Below the pieces are notes generated by a model. It did no database searches. It was not told where the DNA came from and saw nothing but the letters and a program-made list of their open reading frames with translations. The position numbers and the translations under genes are program-made. From positions 41,974,001-42,038,000 of the forward strand of contig NC_083277.1 in NCBI RefSeq assembly GCF_963506605.1: a stretch of 64,000 bases of DNA. Reading direction: 5' to 3'. This stretch comes from Zootoca vivipara (lineage: Eukaryota). This document shows, in pieces, positions 50,651 through 62,202 of the stretch (its first letter is position 1; each line of letters opens with the position of its first letter).

Positions 50651-50794
50651 CGAGTAAGATTGTCTTCCATAAACATGTTTTTTTCCCCTCCAGTGTGTAG
50701 ATCATTGCCAGTTTATTTATAGTGGGAGTAGATCGTAGTCTCTTGGAAGTTGGACACCCCTGATCTAGTCCAACCACCTGCAATGCAGGAATCT

Positions 50795-51351
50795 TTCTCT
50801 TTTCCCCCGAATTTTTTAATTCATTTTATATTAACACATATCAGAACAAAAACACATAATACAGTACAACTAAAAAACAATAACACAATAACCACAAACA
50901 CAATAACAAACACAAAAAAGAAAGCAAAAAACAATACAAATATAATCTTATCTTTCCTTCTTTTTCTCTAATCATTGTTATGAGGACTTCCCCAAGTCCC
51001 CCCTAACTGATTTTCCATTCACTTCATATTTAGCAGATTCATGATTCATAATCTAACCTTTTTAGTTTTACAACTATATCATTACTCTAAATTCTTCACA
51101 TTATTACACTTGCCTACTTTCATCTTAAATTATACACAAACATCTGTTTCTAACCTTAAGCCTAAAATATTTTTCCTTCCAAAGACATTCTAAAAAAGAA
51201 AATTTATATACTACAATATTTCTCTAAATAAACTTTGAACTTCTTCCAATCTTCTTCCGCCATCTCTTCCCTCTGATCCCGGATTCTCCCAGTCAGTTCA
51301 GCAAGTCCATCATCTTCATTTGCCATTCTTCAACTGTTGGTAATTCTTGTT
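50795..51351 (-). mobile_element. L1-clade LINE 3' fragment
   Basis: ELPTVEEWQMKMMD...IRDQREEMAEEDWKKF resembles squamate L1 ORF2 C-termini; T/G-rich 3' UTR on the minus strand. Confidence 0.65.
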
Positions 51352-52607
51352 TCTTCCATAAATACGGTTTTAACAATGAGTCTGTAAGTGACTGTGGAGG
51401 CCAATTTTGGAACCACACATCCTTCCACAGTGGGGACATGGTTTCTGGGTGGGAGTTGATCACAGTGTGTATTTGCCAAGTGTGCCTTCCTCTTAGCATG
51501 TTTTCCCCTTGCATCCTGAGTTTGAGTGTCTTCAAAGCCCATGACACCTTTGATAAAGGCTGTTCTCCAACTGGAGTGCTCGCAGGCCAGTGTTTCCCAG
51601 TTGTCAGTGTTTATACTACATTTTTTTAGATTTGCCTTGAGACAGTCTTTAAACCTCTTTTGTTGACCACCAGCATTACGCTTTCCATTTTTAAGTTCGG
51701 AATAGAGTACAGTGGTACCTCGACTTACGAAGATGATCCGTTTCACAGCCATCTTCGTAAGTTGAGGTTTTTGGATGTCAAAGCGCCGCTGATGCGCATG
51801 CGCGAAGTGCGATTTTGCGCTTCTGCACATGCGTCGACCGCGTGCGCCGCTCTGCACAGGCGCAGAACACAGATGCAGGGTGCGCCTGGTTAAAAGACTT
51901 CAGGAGTTGTTGACTTCGGAAGTCGAAACCTTCGGAAGTCGAAGCATTCGGTTGTCGAGGTATGACTGTAGTTGCTTTGGAAGACGATCACCAGGCATCC
52001 GCACAACATGACCGGTCCAACGAAGTTGATGTTGAAGAATCATTGCTTCAACACTGGTGATCTTTGCTTCTTCCAGTACACTGATATTAGTTCGCCTGTC
52101 TTCCCAAGTGATGTGCACAATTTTTCGGAGACACCGTTGATGGAATCTTTCGAGGAGTTGGAGATGGCGTTTATAAGTGGCCCATATTTCACAAGCATAT
52201 AGTAAGGTTGGTAGTACAATAGCTGAAGCTCTATGACGAAAGTTACGGTAACCTTACTCTTTGCTTTCCGCCTGCTCAGATTGAAGAGCTTTCCATCTGT
52301 TCGATATATGATTTCTACTCCGGTGGGGAGTTTCCCTTTGACAAAGTGTAGGATCATGGCAATGAAAATAATGAATAGAGTTGGGGCAATAACACAACCC
52401 TGTTTAACACCTGATCCCACTGTGAATGGTTCACTTTGAGAGCCATTGTCATCTGCGATTGTTGCTGTCATATTATCATGGAGGAGCCGAATGATGTATA
52501 CAAATTGTATACAAATTTATCTGGGCAGCCAATTTTCAGAAGGACAGTCCACAGGGCATTACGATTTACAGTGTCGAAAGCCTTAGTCAGGTCAATAAAT
52601 AAATGAA

Positions 52608-52638
<31 letters not shown>

Positions 52639-52760
52639 ATACAGGGGTTGGTTTTGCTCTCTGCATTTTTCTTGAAGCTGTCGAGCGGTGAAAATCATGT
52701 CCACTGTCCCCCTAGAAGGCTGAAAACCATTTTGGGATTCAGGAAGGGTCACCTCGGATA
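51352..52760 (-). mobile_element. Degraded RTE-clade LINE reverse transcriptase region and 3' end
   Basis: LPESQNGF..RGTVDMIFTARQLQEKCREQ, FIDLTKAFDTV, GVKQGCVIAPTLF, QLRWTGHVVRM; frameshifts, (TAAA)n and a MITE insertion. Confidence 0.92.
51710..51968. mobile_element. Tc1/mariner MITE nested in the RTE LINE
   Basis: TA|CAGTGGTACCTCGAC...GTCGAGGTATGACTG|TA; splits the RTE peptide LPKQL/LYSEL. Confidence 0.9.
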
Positions 52761-53580
52761 TTGTTACGAGGCGGGCCTTAGTTTGGGGACCCCTGCCATA
52801 GATGGTCCTTGTGGTTTTAAAGAAACTCTGTGCATCCTGAGTTTCGGCTAAGTGCAGGATCTCTTGAGCTTTTTTTTTTATCCACCAGGTGTTTTTTAGT
52901 TCTCTGGTTCTTCTTCAAGCAGCCATTTCAAGAGGAGATTTCTTTCTATCCCAGTTTGTATCTGCACTGAAGTTGTTTTTATTTATGAAATTGTTTTAAT
53001 GGTTGATGTTTCTGTTGGAGACATTTTATAGGAAACAATTCATAAATGCAAATAAATAGAGAGCAACTCTCTGGCTATACCTTTGAATGTGCACATTTTA
53101 TGTAAATCTGTTTCTGCCTTTGCCCTCTTACTAGAGTGTTGCCTTTCTGCAAATTCCTTATTTGCTCCACAAGACTCAATCTAGATCATGGCTTCTAGAT
53201 ATGACAGCTGAATACAGCTTCCAAGGTTCAGAAGGATCCTTCCTCTACATACTACTATTTCCAGAGGAAGGGGAAGAGCAATGGTGCGATGCTGAGAGTG
53301 TGCCTCTGTGATCCTGTTTGTGGCCTTCCTGGAAGCATAATCTAGCTGGCAATGTGGGCAGCAGGAGAGTGGACCCGAGGGACCTTTGATCTGACCCAGC
53401 TGGGCTCTCCTTGCCCCCTAATGGTCACTTCCAGTTGGCCTGCCAATTCCAGGTATTGAGTATCACCACATGGGGGTTTATAGGGTTGCCAGTTCACATC
53501 CCACAGATGCTGCTCATCTGTGAAGTAGGAGGAGAGAAGGGGTAAGTGTGACTTCTCCTACCCTGTTCTCTCTCACCTAT

Positions 53581-53750
53581 GAGAGCCAGTGTGGTGTAGT
53601 GGTTAAGAGCAGTAGACTCGTAATCTGGGGAACCGGGTTCACGTCTCCGCTCCTCCACATGCAGCTGCTGAGTGACCTTGGGCTAGTCACACTTCTCAGC
53701 CCCACTCACCTCACAGAGTGTTTGTTGTGGAGGAGGAAGGGAAAGGGTAG
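53581..53750 (+). mobile_element. Squam3/MIR-like tRNA SINE
   Basis: gccagtgtggtgtagtggttaagagc head, gtgaccttgggctagtca core; related minus-strand copies at about 40167-40314 and 32430-32652. Confidence 0.75.
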
Positions 53751-53776
53751 TGATAAAGCAGGATATCATATCCAAA

Positions 53777-53861
53777 CTTCTCTTCTTCTTCTTCTTCTTC
53801 TTCTTCTTCTTCTTCTTCTTCTTCTTCTTCTTCTTCTTCTTCTTCTTCTTCTTCTTCTTCT
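53777..53861. repeat. (CTT)n microsatellite
   Basis: Direct reading. Confidence 0.98.
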
Positions 53862-54378
53862 GGCAATGATCAGGGGAAGCAGCGGGACTGGGCAACCCTC
53901 GTCTCCCACGGCCACTCCACAGGTAAAAGCAGCATCTCTGCGTTGTGGCCTGGTGACTCAGGAGCTTACCCACAGTAATGCTAAAAATTAGAAGAGCAGA
54001 AGCAGTGGCCCAAAAGGAAGACCCCTCATGTGCGGCAAGATTGCGCACCAGACTGACGTGACTACAAAGGAAGATATTTCACAGCTGTATAGAAGAGGGG
54101 TTTTTTGGCAAGCAAAGCTTGCCATGCATTGGGCAAGAAAACCTGAAACCTATTCAGAAATACCAAAGGCCCTGCCTTCCTTCGCATCTGCTCACCTTAT
54201 GTCTCCTGTTTTCACTGCTGTGTTGTTTTGATGGGGTTGCTTTATTGCCGGTTCTAATGATAGATGTTTGAATGGGGTTGCTTTGCTGTGTGCATTTGTA
54301 TTTCAGTGCAATTGATTTTTTACACTTGTAAAACTGCTCAGAAGCCTATTGAGTGGCTTACAAATTAAATAATGAATA

Positions 54379-54645
54379 CAGTGGTGCCTCGCTTAACGAA
54401 TGCCCTGCTTAATGAAATTTCCGCTTAACGAAAGGTTTTTTCTAGCGGAGGTTGCCTCGCTAGACGAATTCATTTTATGAAAAATTCGTCTAGCGAATCG
54501 TGGTTTCCCATAGGAATGCATTGAAATTCAGTTAATGCGTTCCTATGGGAAAAAAATGAATAAAAAAATTCAATGCATTCCTATGGGATTCGTTATAAGA
54601 AAAGACCCATGGAACAAATTAAATTCGTCTAGCGAGGCACCACTG
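54379..54645. mobile_element. Tc1/mariner MITE
   Basis: TA|CAGTGGTGCCTCGCT...AGCGAGGCACCACTG|TA. Confidence 0.9.
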
Positions 54646-55616
54646 TATAAATATTCATAATAATAACATAAATAGCTAGAGTGATAAACACAGAGAATCT
54701 GATGGGGAGGCACTTCTTCATCCACCAGTCCGTCTGTTGGGTAGGCTCAGCTCAGCCCAGAGCTACTTAGCAACAGCCTGTAAGGGGAGGGGCAGAATGG
54801 AACCCCACCCCCAATTCCTCCACTGATTCTTTGCTCTGTTCTTTTGGTCCTGTCCACTCTCCTAAGGAAATGGGGGAGATGCCAGGAAGTGACAGGGAAG
54901 CAAGTGCACATTAACCCTCCTCCTAATGTGGGCTTGCACTTCAGACGCTCAGGGTTAATTACCATTGACTTTGCTTATCTCTTCCCCAGCCAGGCTTGGA
55001 GACGCCTCTCTCCCTCTTGGCAGGCCGAGGTGTGCAAAGCCAGTTTACTCATTCCCTCATCCTTTTATCAACCGGCAGCCCCTGGCTCCTCTGTTCCTGA
55101 TTGTCTGTCCGGTGAATACGTGATCTATCCTGTAGATCAAGGGAACAGGAGGCTTGGTAGGGATGATATGTTAATAGCTGTCTCAGCTGCAAGAAACTAT
55201 CCATGTGTGTGTATCTAAGCGAAAGAACTGCAATGCCTATCTTCAGATCCATCCTGCTCATGAAAAGACCATGTCACAATTTCTTGAAGGAAGCCTCATT
55301 AAGCTCAATAGGCCTTCCTTCTGTGTATAAAAGGCTCGGGTTCAGGCGTGCATTTCTGTAAACCATTAGGCTGCTAAAATCCTGTTAAAGTCCATTCAGC
55401 TAAGTTTTACTCCGCATGGATCTACTATAAAGAATGAATATGACTGTGTTAGGTCGGTTAACTTCAATAGGTCTACTCTGGCTAAAACGTAGGTTTCTTT
55501 ATATTGTTGTAATTCAGTTATAGTTTAATATAAGTCACTAATATAATATAATATAATATAATTATATAACATATATATAATATAATATATATGTTTAATA
55601 TAAGTCACTTAGAGAC

Positions 55617-55686
55617 CCATTGTTAAAACCGTGTTTATGGAAGACAACCTTACTCGGCTACGAGTGATCACCAAAGAAGAAGAAGA
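55617..55686 (+). mobile_element. RTE 3' end
   Basis: Reverse-complement match to 51352-51378 and 50571-50677; (GAA)n tail. Confidence 0.7.
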
Positions 55687-55837
55687 GTTTAATTACTCTT
55701 TAATATTTTTAAAATCTTCTGTGTTTTAATTTGTGTAAGCTGTCTGGAGTCCCAGTCTGACTACCCAGTGGAATATCTAAGAAGCTTGATTAATGCAACA
55801 GAAAAACTGTTGTCACAACTCTGCAACCTTTGGAACA

Positions 55838-56285
55838 CAACAGCCAAGACCACATAACACTAGTCCTGAAAGACCTACATTGGCTCCCAGTACATTTCCA
55901 AGCACAATTCAAAGTGTTGGTGCTCACCTTTAAAGCTCTAAACAGCCTCAGTCCAGTATACCTGAAGGAGCGTCTCCACCCCCATCGTTCTGCCCGGACA
56001 CTGAGGTCCAGCGCCAAAGGCTTTCTGGTGGTTCCCTCACTGCAAGAAGTGAGGTTACAGGGAACCAAGCAGAGGGCCTTCTCGGTAGTGGCGCCCGCCC
56101 TGTGGAACACCCTCCCATCAGATGGCAAGAAAATAAATAACTATCTGACTTTTAGAAGACATCTGAAGGGCAGCAGCCCTGTTTTGGGAAGTTTTTAATG
56201 TTTTATTGTGTTTTTAATATTTTGTTGGAAGCCGCCCAGAGTGGCTGGGGAAACCCAGCCAGATAGGCAGAGTATAAATAATAAA
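55838..56285 (+). mobile_element. L2 LINE 3' fragment
   Basis: DHITLVLKDLHWLPVHFQAQFKVLVLTFKAL...RAFSVVAPALWNTLP; (TTA)n tail. Confidence 0.9.
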
Positions 56286-56286
56286 A

Positions 56287-56346
<60 letters not shown>

Positions 56347-56571
56347 TACTACTACTACTACAGTTCTGTGTCTATGCTTAAAGCAACCTTTTTCTTAGGA
56401 CAGCATTAAGTAACACATTGGAATACTAAGCAGATTTCCCAAGAACAAGTACACAGATATTTGATACGTTTCTTCAAGTATATTTTACTTCCAAACTCTA
56501 GGCTTCTGCTGGAGAAATCAACATTTCAACCTCAGTTATTCCTGCAGCCCTGAGAACAACCTCTCATCCAT

Positions 56572-56860
56572 GGGATAGCTCAGTTGTTAGGGCATGAAAC
56601 ACTTAATCTCAGGGTCATAGTACGAGCCTCATGTTGGGCAAAAGATTCCTGCATTGCAGGGGGTTGGACTAGATCAGGCATCCCCAGACTCAGCCCTCCA
56701 GATGCTTTGGGACTACAGCTCCCATCATCCCTAGCTAACAGGACCAGTGGTCAGGGATGATGGGAATTGTAGTCCCCAAACATCTGGAGGACCGAGTTTG
56801 GGGATGCCTGGACTAGATGAACCTTGTGGTTCCTTCCGACTCTACAGTTCTATGATTCTC
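56572..56860 (+). mobile_element. tRNA-derived SINE with CR1-like 3' tail, interrupted by the MITE
   Basis: A-box-like TAGCTCAGTTG head; tail ggggttggactagatg...ttctatgattct; related pieces at 11553-11622 and 32282-32410 (minus). Confidence 0.75.
56675..56810. mobile_element. hAT MITE (same family as 29360) nested in a SINE
   Basis: CAGGCATCCCC...GGGGATGCCTG; 8-bp TSD GACTAGAT. Confidence 0.9.
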
Positions 56861-57489
56861 ATCTCCAGTGACAAGCAGACTCTCAGAACACAACCCTGAT
56901 GCCTGTATTTCTAATTTGGTGCACTAAGCTCTTGCTGTAAGGCACAACAATCTCTGCTCCTTCTGTTGCCATCCTAGAGCCTGCACTTTTCAGTCTTCAG
57001 CAGACTGGCATGAATGATTCCCCTGGAGGAAAGTGTGGTTGCAAAGATTTATAACTCACAGTCTGTCCACCTCTGCAATTCTCTCAATACCTTCCTTTGC
57101 AAGATATCCTGCCTGTTAAGCCTTAAGCTGGAACCCTGCTAGTAAGTAACTAGGTCTGCTTGAAAATCTTCTCCATTGCTGCTGGCCATGTAGCCTGACT
57201 ATGGAACATGGCAAGTACCTGCCGATCACCATCACATTTTCCTCCCCTCCCAGCTGGCTCCCTGCTACTCTCCACCTGCTGGCAGACGAGTGCTTACATT
57301 ATAGTAAACCCAAAGCTCTAAAGCAAGAATGGGGAATCATTTCTGGCCTGCAGACCACATATTTATCTCCCCACCCCAGCGGTGCCAATTTTGACAGGCG
57401 GGCAGGGCACTTCACTGGATCCCACCACTCCAGCCCTTACAATAGGGATGTGGGACCTGTGGCCCTGCAGACCATCAGTCTTCCAGTTA

Positions 57490-57713
57490 CAGGTAGGTAG
57501 CCGTGTTGGTCTGAGTCGAAGCAAAATAAAAAAATTCCTTCAGTAGCACCTTAAAGTCCAACTAAGTTTTTATTTTGGTATGAGCTTTCGTGTGCATGCA
57601 CACTTCTTCAGATTGCAGGTTATCTGAAGAAGTGTGCATGCACACGAAAGCTCATACCAAAATAAAAACTTAGTTGGTCTTTATGGTGCTACTGAAGGAA
57701 TTTTTTTATTTTG
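57490..57713 (-). mobile_element. Penelope-like element terminal remnant with inverted repeat
   Basis: 16-bp TSD atcagtcttccagtta (57474-57489, 57714-57729); same terminus as the 40375 copy, reversed. Confidence 0.85.
57618..57658 (+). ncRNA. Minimal hammerhead ribozyme
   Basis: GGTTAT-CTGAAGA-A-GTGTGCATGCACAC-GAAAGCTC-ATACC; stem I needs one bulged U. Confidence 0.75.
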
Positions 57714-58657
57714 ATCAGTCTTCCAGTTAGCCTTAAAACTCTTGAGTGAATAGCATTTAAAAAACAAAAATGATAAATCCAATGCTAACTTTTTAAAAGA
57801 ATAAATGGGGAGGACCTGATCGCCATGATTAAACTCTTCCAATCAACAATTCTGATTTTAAAAAGGAAATGTTAGTTAAATAACACTTACCGGTACATAA
57901 AAGAACGTTAGAGATTTATAGCAAAATAATGCTAATAAAGGGGGAAGGGACACCTTTCAGTCACAGTCATTTTAGCAACATTATTCCACTCTCGCCAATT
58001 AAATGCTTCCAGTCCCAAATGAACATTAACTACTTTTGTTTATGGGCAATTCATGGGTAGCAATGGGGGATCATGCTTAAATTAATAAGTGCTAGGCGCG
58101 CGCACACCCACACATCTTTTTTTAAAAAGGATTTCTTGGATTCTGCCTTGCCCACTTCCAAATGGCTGCTCAGGTGGGCTGGATCTTCCCTCCCCCATCC
58201 ACAGCCGCTGTGTCGTGCCCATGAACAGGCAGAAAAAGTGCAATATCCCCAGTAGTGTAGAAAGTCAATTGCAATTCCACTTATAGCTTACAGTAGAAAA
58301 GCAGTGATTTATTAGCGCTCAGAGCCTCCCGTTTGGAAGCAGCTTTGGTATAAGCTTTGGTTGGTTAGTCAGGCTTGCAGACCAATAATCCAATATCTTG
58401 CGAGAAGGTGATTGAGGGAAAGTTTTTCTTCTAGTCACAGTTGTTGTAACTTAAAGCCCCCGTAACAGAGGTTGTGCACGAACCATGCACTTAAAGCACC
58501 AAGAATACTCGAAACTGTTGGTAGTTAAGGGTGCTGGGAATCATAGCTCTTTGAGGGGTAAACTACAGTTCCCAAATTCTTGAGAGCAAGCAGTGTGTGT
58601 TTTAAATGTGTTTTTAATGTACATTTTAAAAAGGCTATTAAAAAAGTACTAGGCAAG

Positions 58658-58703
<46 letters not shown>
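58658..58703. repeat. (ATA)n microsatellite
   Basis: Direct reading. Confidence 0.98.
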
Positions 58704-58704
<1 letters not shown>

Positions 58705-59012
58705 TGTTATTTATCTATACCCTGCCTATATGTTCCCGGGGACATTAGATGAAATCCAGGGACATTCTAGGGATGGAATTTGTCTGGGCACTTATTTGCA
58801 AATACGGGGACTGTTCCCGGGAAACAGGGACGTCTGGTAACCCTAGTCTAGTATCCTCAGTGCAGAATGTGGATCCCTTTGGCACCCAGACTCCGCCTGG
58901 TCCTAACTAGGCATATGGAAGCCCCTGAGAACAGAATTTCATTTGGGAAAATGCTGCCCCCCCCGTCCCACAGCAAGCCTCCTTTTTTGCTGAGGTTCGC
59001 TCACAGCCTTAC

Positions 59013-59645
59013 CTGTGAAGTGCTGGTGGCAAATGCAGGTGTAGCCGCCCTCCTTGCGGGTGCAGACCCCTCCGTTGCGGCAGGGGTTGGAATAGCAGAG
59101 GTTGATCTCCATCTCGCAGTAGTCTCCGGTGAAGCCCTGGGGGCAGCGGCAGCGCAGGCCCGTTATGGGGTGGATGGGCCGGAAGAGGGTGGAGACGGAG
59201 GCGATGAAGGGAGCCGAGCTGTCAAACTTGAGCACCGAGATACACTTCATGTAGTTCTGGCAGGGCTCGCGGAGGCAGACGTTGTCATCGAAGGGGAGCA
59301 CCTCCAGCATGGAGACCGCGGTCAGGGTCATGCGCTTCATGTACAGCTGCTCCTGGAGCTCCTCCGAGCTGAAGAAATGGCCGCTGTGGGGCGCCATGGC
59401 AGAGAAGCTGACGTTAAGCACCTGCCCGCCGACGTCCGTGTCGTTCTGGATGTTGAAGATGAAGACGTCCTCCTTCGGGGTGGCCAGGATGGTGGCCACG
59501 CCCTCCAGGAAGTTGGCCAGGAGGGGAGAGAGGAAGCGCTCCTGCCACATGTTCTCCAGCCGCACCGTAATGCTGTTGGCCAGCATGTCCTCGGTGATGA
59601 CGATGACACGCAGGACGCACTGGGCTGTCACACTGTGGATCCCGT
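59013..59645 (-). CDS. CELSR3: CELSR3 exon 2 (end of cadherin region, Flamingo box, EGF-like repeats)
   Basis: ctgcag|ACGGG acceptor, ACAG|gtaagg donor; [14 protein letters not shown]...[13 protein letters not shown]...[13 protein letters not shown]...[10 protein letters not shown]; 633 nt, phase 1-1. Confidence 0.97.
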
Positions 59646-59769
59646 CTGCAGGGCAGAGAGGGGAGAGGTTAGGACAGGGGGTCGGCGGGAAGGGCTTCAA
59701 ACGCAAATGCTTGATGCAAGAGAAAGTGGCTCACAAATTGAGACTGGCAAGAGGAGCAGAACACAACAA

Positions 59770-60075
59770 CTTATTTAATTGTTATTTATAGCCCGCTCCA
59801 TCTGGCTGTGTTTCCCCAGCCACTCTGGGTGGCTCCCAACAGAATATTAAAAACACGATAAAACATCAATCCTTAAAAAAGGCTGCCTTCAGATGTCTTC
59901 TAAAAGTGAAATAGTTGTTTGTTTCCATGACATCTGATGGGAGGGCGTTCCACAGGGTGGGTGCCACTACCGAGAAGGCCCTCTGCCTGGTTCCCTGTAA
60001 CTTCACTTCTCGCGGTGAGGGAACCGCCAGAAGGCCCTCGGAGCTGGACCTCAGTGTCCAGGCTGAACAATGGGG
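59770..60075 (-). mobile_element. L2 LINE 3' fragment
   Basis: RAFSVVAPTLWNALPSD on the minus strand. Confidence 0.88.
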
Positions 60076-61375
60076 GTGCATACCTTTGCGGGAGAACGGC
60101 AAATTCTCTAGGAAATCACAGACCAGTTCCAAAGCTTGTGGGTCACTTAACAGGAATGTGTTTTAAGGAAGTACACTCCTAAAAGTTGTGGTGTTATGTA
60201 TGGGAATATGAGTTTTGCTTACTGTATTTTTTTGGGGGGGGAGTCTCTGAATGGGGAGGGAGGAGCTGGGGTTCTGGAAGTGGATTATAGCAAGCTGCGA
60301 GAAATCAAGAGCATAGAACACTCTGTCCCCCATAAAGGCAGCTAAGGGGAACAATGGACATGTGGAGGGTCACTTTGGATATGATGAACCAATCATCTGA
60401 TGAAACCAACTAAGAATACTACAGTATAGCAACTTAAGCACTAACTGTTTTAGTCTAAGCTTTCGTTGAATAGAGCCCACTTCATCCAATGCATCTCACA
60501 GACGCGCACAGGTGGGAAAAGGCAGGTGACTCGTGTGAATTCCTTCCACCACCTGCAGCTTCTACTGTATACAATGATTAAAGGTCCACGAGCCTGCCTT
60601 CTTTTGCATTGGACCAGCTTAGCCAGCAGGAGAATCCTATGAGCAGAGTTCCACTCTCAGGTGTTTATGGCCCAAGTTTCTACAATAAAGTATATAGGTA
60701 TGATGGAACAGGTGCAAGTCACGCCCACACCATGCATTTAAAGCACACCTGATGCACATTTAAAGCGCATGGCTCCCCCTCCCCAAAGAATCCTGGGAAC
60801 TGTAGTTTCGCCTTCACAGCAGCCTTGACAAACAAAGAGTTCCCAGGATTCTTTTGGCTGCAACTTTAAACACACATTAAATATATAGTGTGGATGTGGG
60901 ACTGGTGTTTTTAATCCACACAAGTTTTTCACACATCAAAATGCCACCCCATATTTCCCCACTCCCATTTAATCCGGGGAAATTCCAATAAGAAAGAAGC
61001 CTGTTGCCAATTATTGATTTGCCACAACTCAATGACTCGCTCACAATATTAAACTTGCACCTGAAAGCACCAGGGGAATTTAAAAGGGGGTGGGGTGGGG
61101 TGGATCTGGACTGTTCACAGCCATGTGGACAGGGATGCATCGGGATGGAAGGTGAGGCCGTGTGCTGGGAAAAGTGGAAGGCAAAGAGCTGTGGCTCAAT
61201 GGTACACCACCCATGGACTAATTCTCTGTTTTGGCATAATACAGCTCCCTCTATCCCTATTAGCCATCTATTGATATTAATTGCAGCTTCCAGACTCCAG
61301 AGGCTCAGACCAGAGGAGAGAACTGGGTCCCTGCGGCATGCTTTTCCATGGCCTGCACAAACTTCTGCAAAAAAA

Positions 61376-61489
61376 CATGAGTTTGACCAAACTGCGGGAG
61401 GCAGTGCAAGACAGGAGTGCCTGGTGTGCTATGGTCCATGGGGTCACGAAGAGTCGGACACGACTAAACGACTAAACAACAACAACAAA
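61376..61489 (+). mobile_element. BovB/RTE 3' end
   Basis: gtccatggggtcacgaagagtcggacacgact...(CAA)n tail. Confidence 0.85.
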
Positions 61490-62202
61490 TTCATTCATTG
61501 CTAGAATCTCGTGAGCGATTTGCCTTGAAATACATCTTCCGCCTATAAGCTCTTCAGGGCAGGGTTGTTGCTTATGGATACTCAGCAATAGACGGAGGAA
61601 ATTTACAGGACTGTAGCAATGTTTTACAATCACCATAAGGAGCCTTGCCATTCACCACCAAATGGAGTACTCCATCTTCAGACTTTTAACTCGCATGCTA
61701 TTTGTCACTTTACACACACACACACACAGCGCTCTCCACCTAGTGGCTTTGCTCTTGCCTTGCAATTGCCAGCTACCCTTCTCTTCCTGGAGCAGGATGG
61801 GGGCTGTATGAGGGTTAGGGATGAGGTAGAAATTAAATACAGTTCGTGGCTAAAGGCAAACCTCCCTCCTTGTCCCAAACATATCCAGACTAGTGAGGAC
61901 AATTAACTGGATCCCTGAAGGGTTGTATTGTGATGCCCCCCCCAATGAGGTCTGGGTAGCCACTGTTATCTTCTTCAATGGGCTTGTTTACAACAACCTT
62001 TACAACATCTGTGCTACCAACTCTCAAACTGTGAGATAGTTGAAATATATGCAACAAAAAATCAATTTGAGTCGTGCAACTCAAATTGCATCAACTAGAA
62101 CCGTTTTATTTAAGCAATGTGGACTAAAGTTGTTTCTGGGGTCCCTCAAGGATTAGGGACCCTGAAAATTAAGCTTCATTAGTTTCCTAGTAGATCTGCC
62201 CC

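Noticed and set aside
51352-52760. Functional reverse transcriptase partner for the hammerhead elements
   Set aside because: RTE clade rather than Penelope, and broken by frameshifts and insertions.
53548-54048. Poly-Leu and poly-Lys ORFs (also poly-Ile at 28840 and 58580, HT repeat at 70-495)
   Set aside because: Translations of microsatellites.
56572-56640. tRNA gene
   Set aside because: Degenerate SINE head joined to a CR1-like tail; the other tRNA-like heads are also SINEs.
58867-59778. 303-aa plus-strand ORF
   Set aside because: Antisense shadow of the GC-rich CELSR3 exon 2; no recognisable domain.
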